A program made the translations under genes and the position numbers. A stretch of 64,000 bases of DNA from an uncultured Acidimicrobiia bacterium. Its GTDB lineage: Bacteria > Actinomycetota > Acidimicrobiia > Acidimicrobiales > AC-14. Shown in pieces: positions 1 through 10,294 of the stretch. The notes under the pieces are model-generated. The model was not told where the DNA came from. It saw nothing but the letters and a program-made list of their open reading frames with translations, and did not search any database. Location of the stretch: the NCBI GenBank assembly GCA_963836205.1, contig CAWIIV010000008.1, positions 32,001 through 96,000 on the forward strand, read 5' to 3'. Position 1 is the first letter of the stretch; every line of letters begins with the position of its first letter.

Positions 1-325
1 CGTCCTGGGTGCCCTTGTTCTGGTCGTTGCCCGTCGGGCCCCACGTGCCGAGATTGATCGACAGGGGCCCCAGCTCGAGGTCGATGGTGCCCTCGTGGTC
101 GTGGGTGACCTTGTTGATCTCCCCGTGCCACAGGGCGCTATCGCCCCGGGGGACCTTCACCGACGAGGCCGCCGCGTCGACGACGACTGCGGTGCCGTCG
201 TCGTCGGTGACCGTGGCCGTGCCCGAGCAACCGATGGTGTCCCGGGTGATCTCCGCGCCCGCCGGCGCGGCCACCACGAGCACCGCGATGGCCGAGAGCA
301 CCCCCACCCCCAGGATCCGCTTCAT
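1..325 (-). CDS. Secreted hypothetical protein (partial, runs off the left edge)
   Basis: Manual translation MKRILGVGVLSAIAVLVVAAPAGA-EITRDT: signal peptide with AxA cleavage site; GGGGAGGAG RBS upstream of the ATG at 325; not in the ORF track because the stop is outside the window. Confidence 0.7.
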   Translation of the reverse strand, partial: MKRILGVGVLSAIAVLVVAAPAGAEITRDTIGCSGTATVTDDDGTAVVVDAAASSVKVPRGDSALWHGEINKVTHDHEGTIDLELGPLSINLGTWGPTGNDQNKGTQD

Positions 326-347
326 GTCTCCTCCCCTGCGGAGAAGG

Positions 348-1985
348 CTACCCGGCGGCGGTGCCGGAGCGAAGGGCGCGATAGCGGCGGATGAGGGCGT
401 TGGTGGAGCTGTCGTGGGCCAGCGGGGGCTCGTCGGCCGCGGTCAGCTCGGGCACGATGCGGTTGGCCAGGGCCTTGCCCAGCTCGACGCCCCACTGGTC
501 GAAGGAGTTGACGTCCCAGATCACGCCCTGGGTGAACACCTTGTGCTCGTAGGTGGCGGTGAGCTGGCCCAGCACCCGGGGCGTGAGCCGGGGGGCAAGG
601 ATGGTGTTGGTCGGGCGGTTGCCGGGGAAGGTGCGGTGGGGAACCAGCTCGGGCGCCACCCCCTCGGCCGCCACCTCCGCCGCCGTCTTGCCGAACGCCA
701 GGGCTTCGGTCTGGGCCAGCAGGTTGGCCATGAGCAGGTCGTGGTGGTCGCCGAGGGGGTGGGCCGGACGGCCGAAGCCGATGAAGTCGGCCGGCACCAC
801 CTTCGTCCCCTGGTGGAGCAGCTGGTAGAAGGCGTGCTGGCCGTTGGTGCCGGGTTGGCCCCACACGATCGGCCCTGTCTGCACCGTCACCGACCGGCCC
901 TCGAGGTCGACCGACTTGCCGTTGCTCTCCATGTCGAGCTGCTGGAGGTACGACGGGAACCTGCCCAGGGCCTGGCTGTAGGGCAGCACGGCGTGAGTCT
1001 CGAACCCGAAGAAGTCGTCGTACCAGAGGCCGACGAGCCCGAGCAGGGCGGGAAGGTTGCGCTCGTACGGCGTGGTGCGGAAGTGCTCGTCGACCTCCCG
1101 GAACCCCGCCAGCAGGTCGTGGAAGGCGTCCGGCCCGATGGCCACCATGAGCGACAGCCCGATGGCCGACGGGTACGAGTAGCGCCCGCCGACCCAGTCC
1201 CAGAACTCGAACATGTTGGCCGGGTCGATCCCGAACTCGACCACCTTGGCCCGGTTCGTCGACACAGCCACGAAGTGGTTGGCCACCGCCGCCTCGTCGC
1301 CCAGGGCGTCGAGCAGCCACCGGCGGGCGGTGGTGGCGTTGGTGAGGGTCTCGACGGTGGTGAAGGTCTTGGAGCAGACGACGAACAGGGTCTCGGCCGG
1401 GTCGAGGTCGTGGGTGGCCTCCCAGACGTCGTCGCCGTCGACGTTGGAGACGAACCGGAACGTCATCGACCGGGGGCTGAAGTCCCTGAGCGCCTCGTAC
1501 GCCATCGCCGGACCGAGGTCGGAGCCGCCGATGCCGATGTTGACCACGTTGCGGATGGCCCGGCCGGTGAAGCCCCGCCACTCGGCGTCGCGCACCCGGC
1601 GGGCGAAGTCGGCCATCCGGTCGAGCACGGCGTGGACGAGGGGCACCACGTCGACCCCGTCGACCACGATCGAGGCGTCGCGGGGCGCCCGTAGGGCCAC
1701 GTGGAGGACGGGTCGGTCCTCGGTGAGGTTGATCCGCTTCCCGGCGAACATGTCCTCCGTGCGCTGGCGCAGCCCGGCCCGCTCGGCGAGGGCGACCAGC
1801 AGGCCCAACGTGTGCGAGGTGACCCGGTTCTTGGAGTAGTCGAGGTGGAGATCGCCGGCGTCGGCCACCATCGCCTCGCCCCGGCCGGGATCGGCCGCGA
1901 ACAGGTCCCGGAGATGGACGTCGGCCAGCTCGTGGTGGTGCTCCACCAGGGCCGCCCACTCCGGCGTTCGCGCGATCGGGGTCAT
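348..1985 (-). CDS. pgi: Glucose-6-phosphate isomerase
   Basis: 545 aa; motifs [58 protein letters not shown]. Confidence 0.98.
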   Translation of the reverse strand: MTPIARTPEWAALVEHHHELADVHLRDLFAADPGRGEAMVADAGDLHLDYSKNRVTSHTLGLLVALAERAGLRQRTEDMFAGKRINLTEDRPVLHVALRAPRDASIVVDGVDVVPLVHAVLDRMADFARRVRDAEWRGFTGRAIRNVVNIGIGGSDLGPAMAYEALRDFSPRSMTFRFVSNVDGDDVWEATHDLDPAETLFVVCSKTFTTVETLTNATTARRWLLDALGDEAAVANHFVAVSTNRAKVVEFGIDPANMFEFWDWVGGRYSYPSAIGLSLMVAIGPDAFHDLLAGFREVDEHFRTTPYERNLPALLGLVGLWYDDFFGFETHAVLPYSQALGRFPSYLQQLDMESNGKSVDLEGRSVTVQTGPIVWGQPGTNGQHAFYQLLHQGTKVVPADFIGFGRPAHPLGDHHDLLMANLLAQTEALAFGKTAAEVAAEGVAPELVPHRTFPGNRPTNTILAPRLTPRVLGQLTATYEHKVFTQGVIWDVNSFDQWGVELGKALANRIVPELTAADEPPLAHDSSTNALIRRYRALRSGTAAG

Positions 1986-2020
1986 ACGGGCATGGTCATA
2001 CGGGCGGCCATGATCGCGCA

Positions 2021-2048
2021 GAGAGGCCCCGGTCCCCCGGGGCCTCTC
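2021..2048 (-). terminator. GC-rich hairpin, probable terminator downstream of the small membrane-protein gene
   Basis: Perfect 12-bp stem GAGAGGCCCCGG-TCCC-CCGGGGCCTCTC; no U tract. Confidence 0.55.
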
Positions 2049-2068
2049 GTCGTGGATCTGGTTCGGAC

Positions 2069-2302
2069 TTAGATGACGTCGTCGTGGTAGACGCGGCGAC
2101 GGGGGCCGTAGTCCTCGACGACGGTCTCGGTGGTGCCGCCCCGGCGACCGAAGACGAGCATGGTCATGATCAGGCCGACGGCGCCGGCCACCATGAGGAT
2201 CACGCCGACCGTGGCCAGGTCGAGGCCCGAGACGGTCGCATTGACGGCGAAGGTCAGGATGGCCCCGACTGCGAACAGGAAAACGCTGACACCGATACCC
2301 AT
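2069..2302 (-). CDS. Small two-TM membrane protein (DUF6458-like)
   Basis: [20 protein letters not shown]...[13 protein letters not shown], a common actinobacterial small-protein pattern; GGAGG RBS. Confidence 0.8.
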   Translation of the reverse strand: MGIGVSVFLFAVGAILTFAVNATVSGLDLATVGVILMVAGAVGLIMTMLVFGRRGGTTETVVEDYGPRRRVYHDDVI

Positions 2303-2360
2303 GTGGGTCCTCCTTGGTTGATCGGCCCGCCGGACGGCGGGCACGGCTGGTAGATGGGGG

Positions 2361-2858
2361 TTAGTTCTCGAGGCCCTCGGCGGCCGCGGCCAGGCGGAAG
2401 GGCTCGATCTCCGTGCGCTGGCGCTCGCCCCGGGCGATCAGGCTCCGAAAGTCGACGCCGTCCAGCCCGCTCTCCTTGAGCTGGGCCAGCGCCTTCCAGA
2501 GCAGCACCTTGCCTTCGATGCCGATCGACAGGGTCTCCAGCTGCATCAGGCGGGTGGTGGCGGCGCTGCGGGTGACGCGCTCGTCGAAGCGGAGCCGGCT
2601 CAGGCGCTCGATCATCCAGCCGGCCGCCTGCTTGACGGGGCTGGCCTCGATGCCGAGGTCGGACGCGATCTGGTCGAGGGTGTTGCGGTCGTCCTCGATG
2701 TCGGTCGCCAGACGACCCATCAGCTCTCCCAGCGGCGAGCCTTCGTTCTCCGCCCGGATGCTCCCGACCAGCTCGATGGCGGCCTTGGAGCCGGCCAGAT
2801 GGTCGTTGACGTAGGCGGACAACGTGGACTGCAGCGTGGTGGTCGTTTGCGTTGACAT
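2361..2858 (-). CDS. Conserved hypothetical helical protein
   Basis: 165 aa; motifs YVNDHLAGS and LETLSIGIEGK..LW; good codon bias. Confidence 0.75.
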   Translation of the reverse strand: MSTQTTTTLQSTLSAYVNDHLAGSKAAIELVGSIRAENEGSPLGELMGRLATDIEDDRNTLDQIASDLGIEASPVKQAAGWMIERLSRLRFDERVTRSAATTRLMQLETLSIGIEGKVLLWKALAQLKESGLDGVDFRSLIARGERQRTEIEPFRLAAAAEGLEN

Positions 2859-2901
2859 GCCCCCCTACGTACCCGTCGGGGACCGCCGGGAACCCCCCGT
2901 C

Positions 2902-3246
2902 TCAGGTCGCGGTGGGGTGACGGGGCTGGTAGAGCAGCATTTCGAGGCCGCCGGGGAGCACCATGGTGGCGGCCACGCCCCATCCCACCGACTGCGGCTC
3001 GCCCTTGAACTCGATGCCCTTGGCCCGCAGGTCGGCGATGGTGGCGTCGACGTCGTCGCACATCAGCGACAGCTCGTGACGGGTCGTGTCGGCCGGGTGG
3101 ACCCCCACCTCGGCCGGGGGGAGGGCGAAGATCAGCCACCCCTCGCCGGCGTCGACATGGCCCCACCCGAAGACGTCGCGGAGCACCGTCCGCAGCGCCT
3201 CCGCCTCGGGGGTGTAGAGCAGGACGTGGGCGCCGGTGATGGCCAT
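2902..3246 (-). CDS. VOC/glyoxalase family protein
   Basis: MAITGAHVLLYT...GWLIFALPPAEVGVHP...LMCDDVDATIADLRAKG...LYQPRHP. Confidence 0.85.
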   Translation of the reverse strand: MAITGAHVLLYTPEAEALRTVLRDVFGWGHVDAGEGWLIFALPPAEVGVHPADTTRHELSLMCDDVDATIADLRAKGIEFKGEPQSVGWGVAATMVLPGGLEMLLYQPRHPTAT

Positions 3247-3309
3247 CGGCCAATGGTAGGGCGGGGTCCCGGGCGGGTGGCCCCCCCCCGGCCGCGTAGG
3301 GTCGGGGAG

Positions 3310-4380
3310 ATGGAGCCGATCGAGGGGGTGGCGACGGCCACCGCCGGGTTTGTCGGGCGGGCGGCGACGGGGCCGGTGGGCGAGGCCCGCCTGGTCACCG
3401 GCTTCGTCGAGTTCGTCTCGCTCTTCGGCGACCTCGAGCCGTGCGCCGGCCGACCGGCGTACCTGGCCCACGCGGCCCGGGCCTTCTTCCTGAACGGCGG
3501 GCGGCGGCTGTATGTGTCCCGAGCCGGGGCTGACGACGGCTTGGCCGACGCGCTCGACGTCCTGGCCCGGGTCGACGAGATCGCCCTGGTGGCCGCCCCC
3601 GACGCCGCCACCCGGGGTACGGTCGAGGAGGGCGCGGCCGCGGCCGCCGAGTTGATCGCCCACGCCGAGGAGTCACAGCGCTTCGCCCTGGTCGACGCCC
3701 CTGCCGGCAGCTCGGTCGACGACGTCCGCCGGTTCCGGGCCCGGTTCGACTCCGGCCACGCCGCCCTCTACCACCCGTGGGTGATCGGCGAGGAGGCGCT
3801 GGGCGGCCTCACCCTGCCCCCGTCGGGGTTCGTCGCCGGCGTCTACGCCCGGGGGGACGAGGCGGGCGGCGTGCTCAAGCCCACGACGGGCGACGCGGTC
3901 GCGGCTGTGTCCGGCCTGGAATCGGTGGTCGACCCGGCCGAGCAGCGCGCGCTCAACCCGGAAGGGGTCAACGTGCTGCGGGCCTTCGAGGGGGAGGGCA
4001 TCCGGGTGTGGGGTGCCCGCACCATGAGCGCCGACCCCGAGTGGAAGTACATCAACGTCCGCCGCTACCTCATCTACCTCGAACGTTCCCTCGACCGGGG
4101 CACCCAGTGGGCCGTGTTCGAGCCCAACGGCGAGGAGCTGTGGGCCACCGTCCGGCGCACGGTCGAGGACTTCCTCGGGGCCCAGTGGCGGGTGGGCAGC
4201 CTCCAGGGCCGCCGGCCGGAGGACGCCTACTTCGTCCGGTGCGACCGCACCACCATGACCCAGGACGACCTCGACCGGGGCCGGGTGATCGTGAACGTGG
4301 GGGTGGCCCCGTTGCGGCCGGCCGAGTTCGTGATCTTCCGCATCGGCCAGTGGACGGCCGACGCCCCACCGCCGCCGTAG
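3310..4380 (+). CDS. Contractile phage tail sheath family protein (eCIS/Afp-type), orphan
   Basis: Motifs AFFLNGG, ALYHPW, PPSGFVAGVYAR, LNPEGVNVLR, VWGART, WKYINVRR, WAVFEPN, YFVRCD, GVAPLRPAEFVIFRI. Confidence 0.9.
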   Translation: MEPIEGVATATAGFVGRAATGPVGEARLVTGFVEFVSLFGDLEPCAGRPAYLAHAARAFFLNGGRRLYVSRAGADDGLADALDVLARVDEIALVAAPDAATRGTVEEGAAAAAELIAHAEESQRFALVDAPAGSSVDDVRRFRARFDSGHAALYHPWVIGEEALGGLTLPPSGFVAGVYARGDEAGGVLKPTTGDAVAAVSGLESVVDPAEQRALNPEGVNVLRAFEGEGIRVWGARTMSADPEWKYINVRRYLIYLERSLDRGTQWAVFEPNGEELWATVRRTVEDFLGAQWRVGSLQGRRPEDAYFVRCDRTTMTQDDLDRGRVIVNVGVAPLRPAEFVIFRIGQWTADAPPPP

Positions 4381-4444
4381 CCGGCTCGCCCCCCGCCCGC
4401 GCATCGCCCGCCCGGGGTACCCCTGCGGGTGTAGGCGGGCGTGT

Positions 4445-5977
4445 CTACGTCCCGCCGTCCCTGGCTTCGGACCCGCCCCGCAGCATGGCTCGCACGGTGA
4501 CGATGGTGTCGGCGTCGGCCGGGTCCTTGTCGTCCCGGTAGCGGCGGACCCGTGCGAAGCGGAGGGCCACTCCCCCGGCGTAGCGGGTCGACGCCTGGAC
4601 CCCGTCGAGGGCGATCTCCACCACGAGGGGCGGGTCGATGTCGACCACGTGCCCTCGCCGGCCCGACTCCCGGGCCAGGAACTGCGCCGTCTGCCACTCG
4701 AGGACGGCGTCGGTGAGGCCCTTGAACGTCTTGCCCACCATCACGAACCCGCCCTTCGGGTCGCGGGCGCCCAGGTGGAGGTTCGACAGCCATCCCCGGC
4801 GGCGGCCGGTCCCCCACTCGGCAGCCAGGACGACGAGGTCGAGGGTGTGCACCGGCTTCACCTTCCGCCACGCCGCCCCCCGCCGGCCGGCCTCGTAGGG
4901 CGATCCCACCGCTTTCACCATCACCCCCTCGTGACCGGCGGCCAGGGCGCCCGCCTGGAAGTCGAGGGCGGCGTCGAGATCGTCGGTGGCCAGGACCGGC
5001 ACCCGGGGGGCGTCGATCCGATCGAGGGCGGCCGAGCGCTCGTGCAGGGGCCGGTCGAGGAGGTCGACGCCGTCGAGGTGGAGGCAGTCGAAGAACCACA
5101 CGCCGAGCGAGGCTCGTCCCGGTGGCCCCGTCCGCCGGCCGAAGCTGCTCATCGTCTCCTGGAAGGCCTCCGGGCCCTCGTCGCTCACGCCCAGGATCTC
5201 CCCGTCGAGCACGACCTGGTCGACGGGGAGCTCCCGCAGGAGGTGGACGACGGCGGGCAGGCGGTCGGTGACGTCGTTCAGGTTGCGGGTGTACAGGCGG
5301 ACCTCGTCGCCCCGGCGATGGGCCTGGACGCGGGCGCCGTCGAGCTTCCACTCGATCTGGGACGGGCCGAGCTCGGCCAGGGCGGAGGCGACGTCAGGCG
5401 AGGTCGAGGCGAGCATGGGGAGCACCGGGCGGAGCATGTCGAGGCCGATGGCGGACAGGCCGGGCTCGCCTTCGGTGAGGGCGACGACCGCCACCCGGGC
5501 CAGGTCGCCGGCGAGCATGGCCGCCCGCCTGATGGTGGCGAGGGGGACACCGGCGGCCTGGGCCACGGCGTCGGTCATCACCCCCTCGAGGGCGCCCTGG
5601 CGCAGGTCGCCGATGAGGAGCCGGCGGACGAAGTCGGCCTCGGCGGCGGTGGCCCGGCCGAACAGGTCGCCCAGCAAACCCAGCCGGCGGCCGCCGGAGC
5701 CCTCACCGACCAATGCCTGCAACTCGGTGATGGCCCGGTCGAGCTCGAGGATCTCGATCGACGGTTCACCGGCCGGGGGCGGGTCGACGGCCCCCAGGGT
5801 GGCCCAGCCGATGCCGATCTTGCCCTGCCGGGGGCGGCCGACGAGGAAGGCGACGGCCGGCTCCACCTCCTCCGGCCCCAGCCGCCGGAGGAGGTCGGCC
5901 AGGCTCACGACCTTGGCCGACCGAGCCCGGGTGGAGCCAACCGCCTCCGACGTCCGCACCACCTCGGCCAGCAGCAC
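4445..5977 (-). CDS. ligB: ATP-dependent DNA ligase (LigB-like)
   Basis: Adenylation motif EWKLDGARVQAH; VLDGE, EGVMVK, WRKVKP, ALRFAR. Confidence 0.92.
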   Translation of the reverse strand: MLLAEVVRTSEAVGSTRARSAKVVSLADLLRRLGPEEVEPAVAFLVGRPRQGKIGIGWATLGAVDPPPAGEPSIEILELDRAITELQALVGEGSGGRRLGLLGDLFGRATAAEADFVRRLLIGDLRQGALEGVMTDAVAQAAGVPLATIRRAAMLAGDLARVAVVALTEGEPGLSAIGLDMLRPVLPMLASTSPDVASALAELGPSQIEWKLDGARVQAHRRGDEVRLYTRNLNDVTDRLPAVVHLLRELPVDQVVLDGEILGVSDEGPEAFQETMSSFGRRTGPPGRASLGVWFFDCLHLDGVDLLDRPLHERSAALDRIDAPRVPVLATDDLDAALDFQAGALAAGHEGVMVKAVGSPYEAGRRGAAWRKVKPVHTLDLVVLAAEWGTGRRRGWLSNLHLGARDPKGGFVMVGKTFKGLTDAVLEWQTAQFLARESGRRGHVVDIDPPLVVEIALDGVQASTRYAGGVALRFARVRRYRDDKDPADADTIVTVRAMLRGGSEARDGGT

Positions 5978-5993
5978 CCGGCCACGGTACGGG

Positions 5994-6790
5994 CTACACG
6001 CCGGTCACGGCGTCGTCGCCGGCGGGCGGGTCCTGACCGGCCAGCCGCTGCTCGATCGCTTCCAGGCGCCTTAGCACCTCGTCCAGGCGCTCGGCCACGG
6101 GGTCGGCGTCTGCTCCTGCTCGTCCTCCTGGTCCTGCTCGACGAAGAAGGCGGCGATGTTGGCGGTCAGGATGCCGAACAGGGTGATGCCGGTGGCCATG
6201 AGGAGGGCGGCGATCCCTTTCCCGGCCGGCGTGACGGGGAAGGTGTCGCCGTAGCCGACGGTCGTCACCGTGGTGATCGCCCACCACAGCGCATCCCCGA
6301 ACGTGCCGATGTTCCCCCCGGCCCCGTCCTCGACCGCCAGCATCAGGGCGGCGGCGCCGACCACCGCCACGAGAGTGATGAGCAGGGCGTAATGGAGCTT
6401 GTGGCGCACCAGGAGGCGACGGCCCTGCTGTCCCGCCTCGCTCAGCACAGTCACCAACCGGGTGAGCCGCAGCAGGCGGACCGCCCGTGCCGACCGGACG
6501 ACCCGCAGGGGCCGGAGCAGTGGCAGGAGGATGATCAGGAGGTCGGGCCACTCCCGCCGGACGAAACGCCAACGCTGGTCCGTGAGCGCGAGCCGGACGA
6601 CGTATTCGAAGGCGAAGGCGGCCCAGATGAACCAGTCGGCGGCGAGGAACGACGACTGCACCCCGGACGGCAGGTCCACCACGAGGGGCAGGACCAGGAG
6701 CGGCACCATGAGCAGGGCGAGGATGAGAAGCGGCAGCTCGACCGCCCGCTCGAACCGTTCCAGGGCGGCGTGACGTTCCTCGGGCTCCAC
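5994..6790 (-). CDS. Voltage-gated-type potassium channel; apparent frameshift near 6110
   Basis: Filter TVTTVGYGD and Arg-rich S4-like helix LRPLRVVRSARAVRLLRL. The main frame stops at 6071, but a coiled-coil tail (ERLDEVLRRLEAIEQRL) continues in another frame to 5994. Confidence 0.85.
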
Positions 6791-6964
6791 GCCGACGATG
6801 ATGGCCGTTCGGTGTGCCCGACGCCCACCCGCCGCCGACCGGTCGAGGCCGATCGGGTACAGGGTGAGGCGGTGACCCGCACCCATCACGACCTTGGCCG
6901 TGAGCTTCCGCCAACCGCGCGACCAGGCGTCGGAGGGCTTGGCGAAGCCCACCAGGCCGGCCAC

Positions 6965-7246
6965 GACCGCACCCTCATCGGCGCCGGGAGGGATCGCCGC
7001 TCCACCTGGATCGATCTGCTCTGCAACGACTCCCGCGGCTTCGAGGCGTACTACGCGGCCGCCGAAGAGGCGATGAAGGACATCGGCGCCCGGCCCCACC
7101 TGGGCAAGGACTGCCGAGACCACGGCAAGGACGACCTCATGCAGGTCCACGGCGAGCCCTTCGCCCACTTCCTCCGCATGAGGGAGGAACACGATCCCGC
7201 GGACCGGTTCGTCAACGAGTTCACGGCGAGGCTCTTCCAGGACTGA
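6965..7246 (+). pseudogene. C-terminal remnant of an FAD-linked oxidase (arabinono-lactone oxidase-like)
   Basis: GARPHLGK and REEHDPADRFVNEF resemble the RPHWGK...DP.g.F.N tail; no FAD-binding N-terminus or start codon. Confidence 0.6.
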
Positions 7247-7552
7247 GGCCCGCCGGCCTCGCCGCGGAGGCGTCCAGCCCGGTCGGTCGAGGCCGGGGCC
7301 GTGGCCGAGGCGGGCTCCGGGCGGGGCCGGGCGCCTCCCACGCATTCGAGGTCGGCCTTCTCCTGGGCGGTGTGAGCGTCGATCGTGGCCGCTCTCCACT
7401 GCGGCGCGGGCCTCGAGCGCCTCGAGGGGGCTCAACCCCGAGGCAGAGCAGGCCGGGGAGCGGCCGATCGAGCGCCTCGCGAGGACCGGGCGCGTCGGCC
7501 GCCCTTTCGCCGCCAAGGGGTGGAGGCGGCCGCCGCGGCAGTCTGAGTCCGC

Positions 7553-9460
7553 TCAGTAGCTGAACGTGAAGTCGTAGCAGTAATCAACGGATGGGGACTC
7601 GATGTCGGTCGCCTGGTCTTTGACGTTCAGCTCGGTGCCCGAATAGCGCAGAATGTCGTAGTACACGTTGCCGGGTGCCAGCGGTTCGAAGAAGAACGAC
7701 TGGTTCTCCCCGTTCTCGGCCAGGATCCGACCCGCTCGCTTGGCGTCCTCGCAGGAGGTGAGTGGCGGCTCAAAGGTCCAGATCGTGAGCCGAAGCCGGT
7801 AGGGCATTGCCTCGCCGAGGCCATTGCGTATGAGCACCTGCACCGAAAGGTCCTTCGGCAGCCTGCCCGCGTTCTCGACCGTCGTGGCCGCGCTGTCTAT
7901 CCGATCCATGCGGACGACGACCATGTCGAGCTCGTCGGGGCTGAAGTCGAGGCGGTTGGCGAGGTGCTGCAGGACGTTACGCTCCCTCGCGTCGAACGCA
8001 CTCGGGTCCTTCAGGGCCAGGGGTCGCTCCACGGGCACCTGCGCGTCCCCCGTGATGTCGTCCAACTCCTGCTGGGTGATCGTGGCGCTGGCGCCGGCTA
8101 CCGTCCCCTGGTCGCGCCTCGTAGGGGTTTCGTCGTCGAAGGGAATCACCAGCGCGCCGGCGGCCGTGGCCACGACCAGCCCGCCGCCCACGAGCGCGGC
8201 CTGGACCGGGTGTGCCAGGAGGCGGGCGATCAGTCCGGTCCGCGGTCGGCGCACCGGCGCTTGTGGGAGGTATGGCCGCGGCTCGGCCGCCGGCAGTCGG
8301 ACGTAATCCCGCACCGGCTCGGTCGCACCGAAGGACCCGTTTCCTCGCCATCCCGGCACCGAGGCGACGTGGTCGACCGTCTCCGGGACAGAGAGCGGCG
8401 CCGCCGATGTCCCCTCCTCCTGCATGTGGCGCGCCGACTCCCGGATCCGGTCGAAGATCGACTCCCCACTCGTCGGCGACTCCCTGGTCCCGGTCCCGTT
8501 GCCGTCGATGGGGATCCGGTCGGGTGCGCGCTGCGGCGGCGCCTCGGGAGCCGGCGACGGCTCTGTCGGGCGACGGGGCGGCTTGAGCTTGATCTCCTTG
8601 ATGGAAGGCCCTTCCCGGCGCCCACTGCGGGCCACGATCAACCTCGACCCCAAGCCACGATCGAGCACTCGAGCGGTCTCATTGGGCGCCACTGCCCCGA
8701 CACCCTTGGCCAGGTAGGCGAACAGCTCGGCCCCGTCGACGTAGCCGTTGCCGTCGCCGTCTGCCTCGCCGTCACGAAGGCCGCGGTTGAGGATGGCCGC
8801 AAGGTCGGGGGCGTTCGCCGATGGGCCGTCCCGCAATACCTCCGGTGCGCTGATCATGGCCCGGCCCGTGCCCGGTAGGAGGCTGTCGAGGTCGAGCCAG
8901 GCACCCGGGCGAAGGCCGCCATCGTCGAACGACGCGGTGTAGGGACAGTCGAGGATGACGACGACCCGGTCTGTTCCGCACCTCCGGATCTGGTCCAGCA
9001 GGAACGCGGCCGGGACCGAGGCCGACTGAGGCGACGCGAGCGACGTGTCGGTCGTCGCGAAGTACAGCTCACCCCCTTGGTGGATCGCCACGCAGGACAC
9101 GTACAGCAGCAGGTAGTCGCTCGATCGACGATCGGCGAAAAAGCGTTCGATCTCGTCCATGGCGACCCGGGCCGTTTGATCGGCCACGGGCGGGGGCTCG
9201 TCGTAGTTGCCGATGTCAGGGTCGAAGAGGGGGTCGACGAGGGACGACACCCGTCCGGCCGGCCGGGCCAGGGCTTGGAGCGTGTGGTCGTCGTAGACGC
9301 TGGTGGTCACGATGAGCGCCGACCGGCGTGCACGCATTGCCAGCCCGGCGGCCATGGACGGCAGCGGTGTATCGCCCGTCACCGCCGCCCGCGCGCCTTC
9401 GACTTTCGTCGACAATCGTCCGCCACCAAAGCCAAAAGTGGTGTTCGGGAACTCCGCCAT
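7553..9460 (-). CDS. Membrane-anchored caspase (C14)-fold protein with degenerate catalytic dyad
   Basis: RRSALIV..YDD, IERFFADRR..DYLLLYVSCVA, LYFATTDT, VVVILDCPY, DGDGNGYVDGAEL; Pro-rich linker, one TM helix, C-terminal outer domain; GGAGG RBS. Confidence 0.8.
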   Translation of the reverse strand: MAEFPNTTFGFGGGRLSTKVEGARAAVTGDTPLPSMAAGLAMRARRSALIVTTSVYDDHTLQALARPAGRVSSLVDPLFDPDIGNYDEPPPVADQTARVAMDEIERFFADRRSSDYLLLYVSCVAIHQGGELYFATTDTSLASPQSASVPAAFLLDQIRRCGTDRVVVILDCPYTASFDDGGLRPGAWLDLDSLLPGTGRAMISAPEVLRDGPSANAPDLAAILNRGLRDGEADGDGNGYVDGAELFAYLAKGVGAVAPNETARVLDRGLGSRLIVARSGRREGPSIKEIKLKPPRRPTEPSPAPEAPPQRAPDRIPIDGNGTGTRESPTSGESIFDRIRESARHMQEEGTSAAPLSVPETVDHVASVPGWRGNGSFGATEPVRDYVRLPAAEPRPYLPQAPVRRPRTGLIARLLAHPVQAALVGGGLVVATAAGALVIPFDDETPTRRDQGTVAGASATITQQELDDITGDAQVPVERPLALKDPSAFDARERNVLQHLANRLDFSPDELDMVVVRMDRIDSAATTVENAGRLPKDLSVQVLIRNGLGEAMPYRLRLTIWTFEPPLTSCEDAKRAGRILAENGENQSFFFEPLAPGNVYYDILRYSGTELNVKDQATDIESPSVDYCYDFTFSY

Positions 9461-9716
9461 TCGTGTTCCTCCCGCCGTTCGAGGTAACGATCCCGTCCGC
9501 ATCCTACGCTCGCGGATGGCCGTCGGCTAGGGCTTCCTTTGTACTTCCCGGTCCCCCCACTGAGGGGGGGCACGGTGATGAATCCTCTGGCTCCTTCCAC
9601 AGAACTGGAGACCACCACCCTGACCCTTTGGCGGGATCGTCTACGGCGCGGCGGTGGGCGACCTCGTGCCCGAGGCGGTCGATCGTCCGCCGGCGGGGAC
9701 TGTCACGGTCCCGGAG

Positions 9717-10205
9717 TCACGCTCGTCCGCTGTCAGCCGGCGGCGGCCGCTCCTTGATCCCGTCCCGGCACAGACGGACGACCTCGGCGACGCGCGCCGC
9801 CCGAACGTCGGGACGGCGCTTGGTGGCGTCGATCCAGCGCAGGTACGCCCTCCGGTAGAACTGGGCCAGGGAGTCGAAGAAGGCGGCTGCCTCGGGGTCG
9901 TCCTCCAGGGCTGCGGCGACGTCGGGGGCGAGGTCCTCACGCTGCGGACCTTCGGGCGCCAGCACCACCGTCACCGTGTCACCGGCGGCGACGCCGCGAT
10001 CCCGCCACCACGCGGGGCCCATCCGGATGGCCCAGCCGTCGTGGATCTTCTCCACCACTGCCCGCACGTCCATGCCCTCGACCGCCCCCGACACGTGGTG
10101 GACCGGCTTGGGCCCCCATGCCTCGTCCGGGTTGAACGGGACGGGAATGACGACCCGGCTGCCAACGGCGGCCACCACCGCGGTGAATGTCCGGGACCGA
10201 TCCAC
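9717..10205 (-). CDS. DUF1905 + YdeI/OmpD-associated (OmdA) family protein
   Basis: VPFNPDEAWG...DVAAALEDDPEAAAFFDSLAQFYRRAYLRWIDATKRRP; start approximate. Confidence 0.85.
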   Translation of the reverse strand: MDRSRTFTAVVAAVGSRVVIPVPFNPDEAWGPKPVHHVSGAVEGMDVRAVVEKIHDGWAIRMGPAWWRDRGVAAGDTVTVVLAPEGPQREDLAPDVAAALEDDPEAAAFFDSLAQFYRRAYLRWIDATKRRPDVRAARVAEVVRLCRDGIKERPPPADSGRA

Positions 10206-10294
10206 CGCGGCAATCGTCGCGCGCACGTCGCCAGCTCGCGGGCACCGTTCTTGGAGCCGGCCGACTTCGCCCACGCCGGACCGCCGGACGCCGG

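Noticed and set aside
3310-4380. Prophage
   Set aside because: No capsid, terminase, portal, integrase or other tail genes nearby.
6095-6125. Programmed frameshift giving two potassium-channel C-termini
   Set aside because: A one-base indel explains it and no recoding signal is visible.
9552-9570. CCCCCC-ACTGA-GGGGGG hairpin upstream of the pseudo-caspase
   Set aside because: Short homopolymer stem, too weak to call as terminator or operator.
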